Shown one piece after another: positions 17,888-26,213 of a DNA stretch of 43,056 nucleotides (positions within the stretch are counted from its first letter, which is position 1; every line of letters begins with the position of its first letter). The DNA is from an uncultured Nitrososphaerota archaeon (GTDB lineage Archaea; Korarchaeota; Korarchaeia; Korarchaeales; Korarchaeaceae). The notes beneath the pieces were generated by a model. The model saw only the letters and a list, made by a program, of their open reading frames with translations. It made no database searches and had not been told where the DNA came from. Location: contig CAZUBM010000019.1 of the NCBI GenBank assembly GCA_964618805.1, positions 1 through 43,056 on the forward strand, read 5' to 3'. A program made the position numbers and the translations under genes.

Positions 17888-19324
17888 ATGAAGGTACTTG
17901 ATTTTTATCCGGTCTTTATGATAAAGAGATTTAGAAAAGAGAACAGTATAATCGATAACAATCTAGTAGTAGCTTCGATAGAGGATTATGCTGGAGGCAT
18001 CCATCACTTAAACAAAACCGCTCTTGAGATCCTCAGCTTATTTGATGGGAAAAATTCGGTTAAAGACGTCTTAAATTACTTAATGGAGAAATACGACGCA
18101 CCTAAGCACAGGCTGCTGGCTGGAATTAGAAGCGTGTTACGAAATGGCATAGAAAAGGGCTTCATAAGCCTCCAAGAGCATATAGAGCCTCCTGTCCCCT
18201 TAGATGATAAGAGGAAGATTCCAAAAGAGCCTTTACACAATTTCCTATACACTCCGAGGGAAGTTCTATTCGAACTCACGTATGCGTGCAACCTTCATTG
18301 CAAGCACTGCTACTCTTCATCAGGCGAGCCAATGCCAGATGAGTTGGATAAGCAGGAGCTAATGCGCTTGGCAGATGAGCTGGGGGAGATGAAGGTGTTC
18401 AGAGTTAGCATAGGAGGAGGAGAGCCATTGCTAAGGATAGAGGAGCTAATATTCTTCGTGAGAGAGCTTAATTCAAGGGGAATAGAGGCAGATCTCGTGA
18501 CAAATGGAGTTCTTTTTAACGAAGAGGTAGCAAGGGCTTTGTGGAAGGCGGGCCTTAGAAGGGTGCAGTTCAGCCTGGATGGAGTTGGAACCCTTCACGA
18601 TGAGATCAGAGGCTTTAAAGGCTGTTTTGATAAGGTAGTAGAGGCCATTAAACTTGCTAAACTTATGGGTTACAAAATCCTTGTGAAATCCGTAGTTCAA
18701 AGGAAAAATCTCCCTCAACTAAAAAGGATTTACGCCCTTGTTAAGGAGTTAGGGGTCTCTTATTGGTCGGTAAATAGGTTTGTTCCATCTGGAAGGGCAA
18801 AGGAATTCTTAGAAGAGATCTATGTAGTTTATGAGAATTATGCTGCTGCAATAAAAAAGATTAAGGATATCGTTTCGAGAGAGGTAGGAGGGCCTCAGGT
18901 AGGGCTTGAGCCTCTGTTGGACGAGATGAAAGCTAGGAAGAAGAAGGCAAGTGAGACCTATGCTGTCTGTATGGCTGGAACGCTATCGCTTCATTTATGT
19001 CCTGATGGAACAGTTCTACCATGCTCTTACTTTCCCAAGGAGTTTTCATGTGGGAACATAAGAGAGCAGAACCTGCACAATATATGGCTTAATTCCAAAT
19101 TGTTGACAAGGTTAAGGACTTTGAAACTATCTGACATAGGAGAACCCTGCACTTCTTGTGGACTGGAGTGCAATGGAAAGTGCAGGGGCAGTGCCGCTGC
19201 TTTCTTCGGTAGGATAACGGCTCCTGATCCAATGTGCCCCATAGTAGAGAGGAGATCAACTGAAATGCCCTATAAAGTCTACTGGACCAAGCCTTGTGCT
19301 CCTTCTCCTGCGGAGGAGATCTAA
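17888..19324 (+). CDS. Radical SAM/SPASM peptide maturase with an N-terminal PqqD/RRE domain
   Basis: N-terminal LNKTALEILSLFDGKNSV..V...L.EKY...I..G.I (PqqD-like). Radical SAM motif CNLHCKHC with GGGEPLL. SPASM C.AG...L.PDG.V.PC...CTSC...C.G.CR...DPMC. Confidence 0.92.
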   Translation: MKVLDFYPVFMIKRFRKENSIIDNNLVVASIEDYAGGIHHLNKTALEILSLFDGKNSVKDVLNYLMEKYDAPKHRLLAGIRSVLRNGIEKGFISLQEHIEPPVPLDDKRKIPKEPLHNFLYTPREVLFELTYACNLHCKHCYSSSGEPMPDELDKQELMRLADELGEMKVFRVSIGGGEPLLRIEELIFFVRELNSRGIEADLVTNGVLFNEEVARALWKAGLRRVQFSLDGVGTLHDEIRGFKGCFDKVVEAIKLAKLMGYKILVKSVVQRKNLPQLKRIYALVKELGVSYWSVNRFVPSGRAKEFLEEIYVVYENYAAAIKKIKDIVSREVGGPQVGLEPLLDEMKARKKKASETYAVCMAGTLSLHLCPDGTVLPCSYFPKEFSCGNIREQNLHNIWLNSKLLTRLRTLKLSDIGEPCTSCGLECNGKCRGSAAAFFGRITAPDPMCPIVERRSTEMPYKVYWTKPCAPSPAEEI

Positions 19325-19618
19325 GTGGGCAAGAAGCTCTTGAAATGCTTGGATGTAGTGTTATCGTATCCTCTTAAGGGAAGCGCTATGAGGATTTACT
19401 TGTCTAGCGGAGAAGTCGTGCCGCTAGACAAGGTTTCGCATAAGATATGGAACCTTTGCCTTGGATTCTTAGGGAAGGAAGAGATAGTAGAGCAGGTATC
19501 CAGGGAGCTTAAAGTATCAGAGGAAACAGTTAGGAATTGTCTAAGAGGTCTTATGAGGAGAGGTCTAATAAAGGAGGTTGAGTTCTATGAAAATCCTGTT
19601 CATTACAAGCAGCTCTAG
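19325..19618 (+). CDS. Standalone PqqD-family RiPP recognition element
   Basis: LDKVSHKIWNLCLG...EEIVEQVSREL.VSEETV..CL..L.RRGLI is the wHTH PqqD pattern. It starts immediately after the rSAM stop. Confidence 0.75.
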   Translation: MGKKLLKCLDVVLSYPLKGSAMRIYLSSGEVVPLDKVSHKIWNLCLGFLGKEEIVEQVSRELKVSEETVRNCLRGLMRRGLIKEVEFYENPVHYKQL

Positions 19619-20711
19619 AACTCCAGATAACTTACATCCCTTTCAGAAATCGCTTTTACATGCTCTAGAGTCGCTTGGGATTAGAGGACCAAGGATAAAC
19701 TTAGTAAACAATCCGTCTTTCGAAGTTAAGCGCAAAAGAGGAGTAATCCCCTTCATGAAGGATAAGTTGTCCTACCTTTCGGCAATCCTTAAGGAAATCG
19801 AAAGCCTCATAAGGGAAGAAGGTGTTGAAATTATCCACTCCTTTGGCACCTATCTGGCTGGACTGTCGGCATGCTTAGCTAGATCTCTTCTGGAGGTGCA
19901 GTACGTAGTCAGCGTGGATGGAGGAAGTCACATACACGATAAGATACCTAGAGCTAGGAACCTAACCAAAGCAATACTGACAAGCGCTGCTCGAATTACA
20001 TCGCCCAGTAAAGCCCTAGCCTCAGAAATCTCAGAATTCTTCGGAATAAATCCGGATAAAATAACTGTGATACCTCCAATTATTGAGCTTGGCAAGGAAA
20101 GGTTGTCGGAGAATGAAGCGGGGGAGAAGGTAAGGGAAAAACACAAAATACCAGAAGACTCTCCACTTATACTTTCCAGCGGAACTTTCTGGTACTCTCA
20201 AGGCCTTCACCTGCTTCTCTTAGGATCTAAAAAGGTGTTGGAACGCTTTCCACACTTCAAGTTTCTCATAATAGGGGATGGTCCTTTATACCACGAGTAC
20301 TTGGCCATGATACATAGACTTAACCTTCAGGAGTCCGTAATCCTTGTTAAGGGAGCGAGCTCGGAGGAACTTTCTTGTTATTACGCTGCTTGCGATTTGT
20401 TCGTTTACGTCCCAGTTTATGAAGATTTCGCCATTCCACTGCTAAGGGCTATGGCTTTTTCTAAGCCTATAATTGCTACTAGAACTGGAAGTATCCCTGA
20501 GATAATATCAGAGGGGAAAAATGGCGTTCTAATTGATCCATATGATATTCCAGCTCTAACAGAATCGATCATTAAGCTCGTCCAAGATGAAGAGCTTAGG
20601 AAGAAGCTGTCCTTAGAAGCTAGAAGAACTGCTGAAAATTTCAACCCTAAGAATGCAGCTAAATCAATGATCAAGGTTTATGAAAGCATCTTAGCAGAAA
20701 GATGGTGGTGA
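19587..20711 (+). CDS. Glycosyltransferase family 4 (GT-B)
   Basis: MKILFI start (GGAGG at 19573-19577), IIGDGP, CDLFV.VP.YEDFAIPLLRAMAFSKPIIATRTG.IPEII.EG.NG. Confidence 0.88.
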   Translation: MKILFITSSSRTPDNLHPFQKSLLHALESLGIRGPRINLVNNPSFEVKRKRGVIPFMKDKLSYLSAILKEIESLIREEGVEIIHSFGTYLAGLSACLARSLLEVQYVVSVDGGSHIHDKIPRARNLTKAILTSAARITSPSKALASEISEFFGINPDKITVIPPIIELGKERLSENEAGEKVREKHKIPEDSPLILSSGTFWYSQGLHLLLLGSKKVLERFPHFKFLIIGDGPLYHEYLAMIHRLNLQESVILVKGASSEELSCYYAACDLFVYVPVYEDFAIPLLRAMAFSKPIIATRTGSIPEIISEGKNGVLIDPYDIPALTESIIKLVQDEELRKKLSLEARRTAENFNPKNAAKSMIKVYESILAERWW

Positions 20712-20714
20712 GGC

Positions 20715-21827
20715 TTGGAAGATCTTGTTGTGGTAAAGGATTTGGTTAAAGAGTACGAATCTTATTCGATAAAAGGAATGGTTCCAATGACTTACTTCGG
20801 CCTATATCCTCTCTTCGCAAAGCTTGGCCTAAAACTAGGGAGCTATGAGAGGACCATAGTCAGGGCCTTAGATGGGATCTCGTTTAGGGCTAAGGAAGGA
20901 AGGATCTTGGGAATACTGGGACCGAATGCATCAGGCAAGACGACCCTACTTAAGATCCTGGCTGGGTTAACTACGCCCACCAGGGGTGAAGCCTATGTAG
21001 CTGGGCTTAACGTGATTGAAGATCACGATAGACTTCCCGAGGTCGAGATGTTTGTCCCTGGGGTTGCCCTAGTCAACTTGTTTGCAAGACCTGACCTTAC
21101 GGTCGTTCAAAATCTGGAGAGGTTTGCGGAGCTAGCCGAGATTAAGAAAGAAAGGGTAGATGAGATCATATCATTGGTAGGGCTAGAGGATGCTTCAAGG
21201 AAAAGGGTTCTTGAGCTTTCTACAGGACAATTGGGTCGTCTTGCAGTAGCCTTTGGTTTACTGCGAGAGGTGAAGGTTTACTTAATGGACGAGCCCTTTG
21301 TGGGCATCTCTCCCGAGGCGAGGGAATCTTTGTTCAGCTTCATCAAGGAGCTGAACCGCGAAAGGGGGGTTACGGTGCTTTATGCAACCCATATACTGGA
21401 GGAAGCTCAAGATTTCTGCCATGAAGTTATAATCCTTCATAAAGGAAGGATTATTGCGAGAGGAGAACCAAGGGAGCTTGTTAAGAGGCTTGGGCTTAAG
21501 GAAAGCGTGGATGTTGAGGTAAAGCTTACTGAAGACCCTGATTCCCTCCTTAAGAAGGTGAGAAAGATAAAGGGCATTGAGGAAGTCTTTGTGACCGAGA
21601 TTTCTTATCAAGAATTCCCTAAGATCTCCTTTACTCTAATAACTCCCGATAGCAGAGGTGTAATCTCCGATCTCGTGGATCTTCTGATCTCAGGAAAAAA
21701 CAAGGTGATTTACATGAGGGTAAGGGAGCCAAGCCTGAGGGATGTGTACATGGCTTTAGTTAAGGAGTGGGAGGAGCCAAAGGCTCTGAAGGTTGAGACC
21801 TGCCTTATAGTAACTCCGCCGAGGTGA
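20715..21827 (+). CDS. ABC exporter ATP-binding subunit
   Basis: Walker A GPNASGKT, signature variant LSTGQ, Walker B YLMDEP, H-loop ATHIL and C-terminal EPSL.DVY. Confidence 0.88.
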   Translation: MEDLVVVKDLVKEYESYSIKGMVPMTYFGLYPLFAKLGLKLGSYERTIVRALDGISFRAKEGRILGILGPNASGKTTLLKILAGLTTPTRGEAYVAGLNVIEDHDRLPEVEMFVPGVALVNLFARPDLTVVQNLERFAELAEIKKERVDEIISLVGLEDASRKRVLELSTGQLGRLAVAFGLLREVKVYLMDEPFVGISPEARESLFSFIKELNRERGVTVLYATHILEEAQDFCHEVIILHKGRIIARGEPRELVKRLGLKESVDVEVKLTEDPDSLLKKVRKIKGIEEVFVTEISYQEFPKISFTLITPDSRGVISDLVDLLISGKNKVIYMRVREPSLRDVYMALVKEWEEPKALKVETCLIVTPPR

Positions 21828-21831
21828 TTGA

Positions 21832-22689
21832 ATGAAGGAGCTTTTTAGGATCCTTAAGATCGTGAGGCACAGGCTGAAGACCTACACGATCAGGATATAC
21901 GTTTGGTGGATAGCATATATACCCAATGAGGTAATAAGCATCGCTCTGGCTCTCTCTTCTTGGTACTACTATACTGTGTTCGTCTCCCCTGAGGAAGCTG
22001 AAGCTTACATCGGAGGATTTCTTTCATATATTATAATAGGACTTATGTTGGCCCCTCTTTTCGAGATGGCGATGAGAAGCCCAGAAGAGGTGATGAGGGG
22101 CCTTTATTGGGGTTACACCTCTCTGGGCGGGTTTAAGATACCTCGGTGGGCTTATTACTACCTAGCCGGGGCTTCTAGGGCAGACGCTTTCGTAGGATCC
22201 CTAATATTCGAGTTTCTAGTCTTTCTTGTAAGGTTAGGGATATACGCTGGGCTTGGCACGGCCATATTCGGCTTACGCTTGAGTCCTGATCCTAATTTGG
22301 GAGCAGCTTTTCTTTTCACGCTCCTGGGATTCTTGGCAAGTCTTGCAATAGGCTTCATGGTGGCGAACACGTTCTGGTTGTTCTTACACTTTAGGGAGGC
22401 TGCGCTGAATCCCTTTGTCTGGTTCCTCACTCTTTTGCCAAACGTGGTGGGAGGTGTTTACTTTCCCATCGAAATCCTCCATCCAGCTCTAAAGGCGATA
22501 GGTCGTTTGCTTCCGCATTACTACGCCTTCGATGGAGTTAGAAAAGCGCTGTTAGCTGGGAACTCGTTGGCTCAATTAAGACATTTGCTTCCTCCTTTGC
22601 TCTTTTACACAACTCTTTTGCTCCCACTAGGTATACTTAGCTTCAAATACTTCGAGAGGTACATGGTGTACAAGGCAAAGAAGATCTAA
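21832..22689 (+). CDS. ABC-2 type exporter permease
   Basis: About 6 TM segments and GGVYFPIE.L...L..I..LLP.YYA.DG.R (ABC-2 C-terminal pattern). Confidence 0.85.
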   Translation: MKELFRILKIVRHRLKTYTIRIYVWWIAYIPNEVISIALALSSWYYYTVFVSPEEAEAYIGGFLSYIIIGLMLAPLFEMAMRSPEEVMRGLYWGYTSLGGFKIPRWAYYYLAGASRADAFVGSLIFEFLVFLVRLGIYAGLGTAIFGLRLSPDPNLGAAFLFTLLGFLASLAIGFMVANTFWLFLHFREAALNPFVWFLTLLPNVVGGVYFPIEILHPALKAIGRLLPHYYAFDGVRKALLAGNSLAQLRHLLPPLLFYTTLLLPLGILSFKYFERYMVYKAKKI

Positions 22690-23086
22690 TAGCAAATGGA
22701 TTTATTAGGTTTAAGTAAAGCTCAAGTTTAGATGCATGAGCAAGAGTTGAAGAAGGAGGTAACAGACCTTCTGGTTAAGGCTGAGGACAAGGGGAAGATC
22801 GGCTCATTCAGCCATGCCTAAAGCAGGAGTCAACGCTTTGACGAAGATGTTTAAAGTCCTGCATAAGCTCAGTCTCTACAAACCACCATCAGTGGGCCAC
22901 GAAGGAAGTAGAAGAGTTCCTCAAAAGGACCGTTGGAGAATATGAAAGCCTGGAAGAAGCTATTTCTGCCCTTGAAGAACTAAGAAGAATGGTGCATGGA
23001 GTTAATGAAAGAATTAGTCAAGATAACCTTGATTACAGGACGAAGATGTTGGTGGAGTGGATGTGATAAAAAGGGTTATGAGTTAG

Positions 23087-23111
23087 AATGCACCCTAACG
23101 TAGGGTGCATT
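23087..23111. repeat. Perfect 11-bp inverted repeat AATGCACCCTA-acg-TAGGGTGCATT
   Basis: Read directly from the sequence. It lies between convergent transcription units. Confidence 0.75.
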
Positions 23112-23143
23112 AAGGGAGAATCTTTCATCAAGTTATCCTTGCC

Positions 23144-23767
23144 TCAGCAGATCTCTAGTATCTTTTTACCCTTCAACCTCTCAGGACGATAAAGGGGATG
23201 GGCCAAGCAGAAGTCAACTCCCTCAAGAAGTTTCAATTTATCCCATCTCGGTGGACTTGCTTCTTTTGAGGCGGGCATCCACATTAAATGGATTTTAAAG
23301 CACTCATCCCTGTGCTTCTCCTTATGCTTAACGTTTATGGAATCTATTGACGTGAAGCCAAGCTTTTCTATATGCTCTTTCTTTAACCAAGGACTCCAGT
23401 GATCTTCCAAGGCTATTGTAGCAAACCCCTTTGCATTCTTCTCCCTTTGTATCATGAAATTAAGAAGCATCCTCCCGAAACCATGACCTTTTGCTTTTCT
23501 TAATACCCAAATACAATTCATCACGATTATACCATCTCCAAAGATTGGATAGTAAGAAGCCTCTGCTGGAGCATATTCTATCTGACCAACCACCCCCTTG
23601 TCAAAAATTAGTAGAACTTTGTGAAAACCTTTAGGAACGGCTTGATCCAAGTATGTGCTCCTCTTCCTGTATCTTCTAAAAGGGAGAGGAGCAAGACATC
23701 TGTAAAGGTATTTTTCGTATTCATTGCGTCCAATTATATCGATCAGGTTAATTTTATGGTTTGACAT
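23144..23767 (-). CDS. GNAT-family acetyltransferase (YoaP-like)
   Basis: GQIEYAP.E, MNCIWV..KAKGHGFGRMLL and KLGF. ATG 23767 is taken as the likely start; the ORF track starts at 23821. Confidence 0.7.
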   Translation of the reverse strand: MSNHKINLIDIIGRNEYEKYLYRCLAPLPFRRYRKRSTYLDQAVPKGFHKVLLIFDKGVVGQIEYAPAEASYYPIFGDGIIVMNCIWVLRKAKGHGFGRMLLNFMIQREKNAKGFATIALEDHWSPWLKKEHIEKLGFTSIDSINVKHKEKHRDECFKIHLMWMPASKEASPPRWDKLKLLEGVDFCLAHPLYRPERLKGKKILEIC

Positions 23768-23851
23768 CGTTCGATCATGACATGCTATCCTAAAAGACTT
23801 GCTTCCATGGAATACCAGCATCTTAAAGATGGAAGACTTGCTTATCGTGAA

Positions 23852-24616
23852 CTACTCATATTTCAAGTCCTTCTTAAGTGCTTGTAAGATCCTTTTTGTC
23901 ACTTCCTTGACTAATCTTTCGGCAAACTCCTTTGACGCAAGCCTTGGATCACCTATTCCTCCTGTAGGATATCTCTCATCGAAGTAAGTTAGGATCTTGG
24001 TTGATGGGTAGGCCTTGTCTCTAGGAGGTCCTCTGTACTCCTGCTCTCTCATCTTTTCCTCTCTTACCAACTCAGGCCTAATTAGCATAACCATGCTGGT
24101 TTCATAGAAGCCAGAATGTCCATATGGGATTTCTTTGCCATATTCTTCAATTAGGTCCCTTGCAAACTCAGTCCAGTGAACAAAGTATGTTTTCAGGCCA
24201 AGTTCTCTTTCAATTCTCAGCAATACAAGTTTAATTGCCTGTATATTCCCACCATGAAAGTTCATCACGAGTAAACGCCTGGCTCCATGTTTTTTCAGGC
24301 ATAGGGCTATTTCATAAATCAGGTTCATGTAGGTCTCGTCTTTCAGACTGATGGTCCCTGGAAAGTGAATATGGTGTTCAGAGAGGCCATATTTTAGGGT
24401 TGGAAGAACCACAAATTTTAGATCTTCTGAATTTTCTGCAAGATATTTTGTAAGAAACTCTGCTCTTATGCTATCGGTTGATAGAGGAAGGTGAAGGGAG
24501 TGCTGCTCAATACTTCCGGCTGGTAGAACCACAAAATCGGCTTCTTTAATCGCTTTACCGGCTTCTTCTGAGGTCATCTCCTCAAGAAGAACTTTTCGGT
24601 CCATGAGAGAGACCAT
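23852..24616 (-). CDS. Creatininase/MftE-family amidohydrolase
   Basis: LP.GSIEQH..HLPL.TD, S.HH..FPGTISL, N.HGGN, HSG.YETS and G..GDP..AS.E. Confidence 0.88.
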   Translation of the reverse strand: MVSLMDRKVLLEEMTSEEAGKAIKEADFVVLPAGSIEQHSLHLPLSTDSIRAEFLTKYLAENSEDLKFVVLPTLKYGLSEHHIHFPGTISLKDETYMNLIYEIALCLKKHGARRLLVMNFHGGNIQAIKLVLLRIERELGLKTYFVHWTEFARDLIEEYGKEIPYGHSGFYETSMVMLIRPELVREEKMREQEYRGPPRDKAYPSTKILTYFDERYPTGGIGDPRLASKEFAERLVKEVTKRILQALKKDLKYE

Positions 24617-24883
24617 TTTTTGTTCTTTGCAGAAATAATATAACTTCTGCTCTTGAAATGTAAAATTAAAGAGATGTTTAGAGCCAAAAACATTTGATTA
24701 ACGAGTTGAATGGAGTTTAGGATAGAACTCACATGTTTAGTCATGCCTTCCTTTTAGTTAATGAGGCTTACATAGAACAGAACATCTTTCATTAATTAAC
24801 ATTAAGAGACATCATATCATCGAACTCCCAGCAATAGGCCTTTTTTCATTCATAACAAAACTTCATCAAATGATTTCAGTCGT

Positions 24884-26080
24884 TTAAACACCGAAAAGAG
24901 CAGCGGTAATAGCGCTTGAGAGTATTGTAAGGAAGGTAACGGGTAGCAAATATCTGTAGACCTTGAGCATGCTAGCTCCAAAGTATTCGCTTGTAAGTGT
25001 GTAACAAGCATGTAAAGGAGATACAACATATCCTAGTATGGAACAAGTGAGTATAATCCCGGTCTCTAATGAACCTAAGCTAATAATGTTGGTAAACAGA
25101 GAGATAGAAAGAGCAATTGTACCAGTTGGTGTTCCAAGAATAAAGCCAAGGATTGATGGGACTAGCACGAGAAGCAAGATTGTTGGAACGCTACTTTCAC
25201 CTATTAATGAAGCTATTTTGATCGTCACACCCGAGGCCTCTACGGTTGCCCTATACACCATCACCCCAAGTCCTACAAGAATCATTTCAGGTAAATGGGC
25301 TTCCTTCAAAGCCTTCTTAAAATGTTCAAATTCTAATTGCCTTATTGACCATAAGAACACTATTGCAAGCAAAACACCTGCTATTATTAGCCATCTCCTT
25401 ATTATACCAAATAAGGCCACTAGTAAGATTGGAAATATGGCCTTTTCCAAGTCTTTCCTCGAAAATCTCCTTTCAACCTTCTCTTCATGTTCTTTAGATC
25501 CAATAACAAGCCATACTGCGTGCCCTACAAGCACAGATGTAATGAAAACTGGCAGCTGTACTAGGATCAAAGGTTTCACATCTATTCCAGCCAGATATGA
25601 AGCTAATAAAAGGCTCGTGCCAACTGGATAAATGAAGAAGACTACGTGTCTGAACCAAAGGTTAATGAAGGTCTTCTCCTCCGCATTTAACCTAAGTTCA
25701 TTGCCTACTGCATCAACTACTGGTGCAGACATTAGGGCTCCACCTAAAACTGGTAAAAGGCCGAACATAGCTGGAACTAGCTCCATAACAAGTCTATCGC
25801 TTGGTAAAGCTCCTCTTAAACCATTTGAGAGCTCTTCTAAAAGGCCAGTGACCTTGTATATGGCTCCTAATAGGGCAATTAGAGCAACTGCTGCGGTCAA
25901 TTCTAGCGTCTTTCTGTCTAAGAGAGTCCTAATTAGAGTGCTAGTGAAACTCATGGGAGTTAAGGTAGTAAGCCCCAGAACTAGAGAACCTACAAAAAGA
26001 GCTAGACCTATTCCTGCTCTTCTCAGTACAATGATGAAAATTAAGACAAGAGACGCAAGTAGACCTAGTATTTCTGGCAA
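24884..26080 (-). CDS. DUF401-family multi-pass membrane protein (putative transporter)
   Basis: PA..GLLPV.GGAL.SAP, NLWFRH and SPLH.C..LT.EYF, with about 11 TM segments. Confidence 0.75.
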   Translation of the reverse strand: MPEILGLLASLVLIFIIVLRRAGIGLALFVGSLVLGLTTLTPMSFTSTLIRTLLDRKTLELTAAVALIALLGAIYKVTGLLEELSNGLRGALPSDRLVMELVPAMFGLLPVLGGALMSAPVVDAVGNELRLNAEEKTFINLWFRHVVFFIYPVGTSLLLASYLAGIDVKPLILVQLPVFITSVLVGHAVWLVIGSKEHEEKVERRFSRKDLEKAIFPILLVALFGIIRRWLIIAGVLLAIVFLWSIRQLEFEHFKKALKEAHLPEMILVGLGVMVYRATVEASGVTIKIASLIGESSVPTILLLVLVPSILGFILGTPTGTIALSISLFTNIISLGSLETGIILTCSILGYVVSPLHACYTLTSEYFGASMLKVYRYLLPVTFLTILSSAITAALFGV

Positions 26081-26213
26081 AGTCCATCAAACCACATCCG
26101 AGCTCTCATATGTTTAATATCTTTACTGCTAATTGTGTTACTCTAATCCTGTCTTCCTTTTACTATCTATTGGCCTCCTAGATTATAGAAGTGGTCTATT
26201 TGAAAACTTAATA

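Noticed and set aside
25038-26117. Two long plus-strand ORFs (197 and 161 aa)
   Set aside because: They are antisense shadows of the DUF401 gene with no recognisable motifs.
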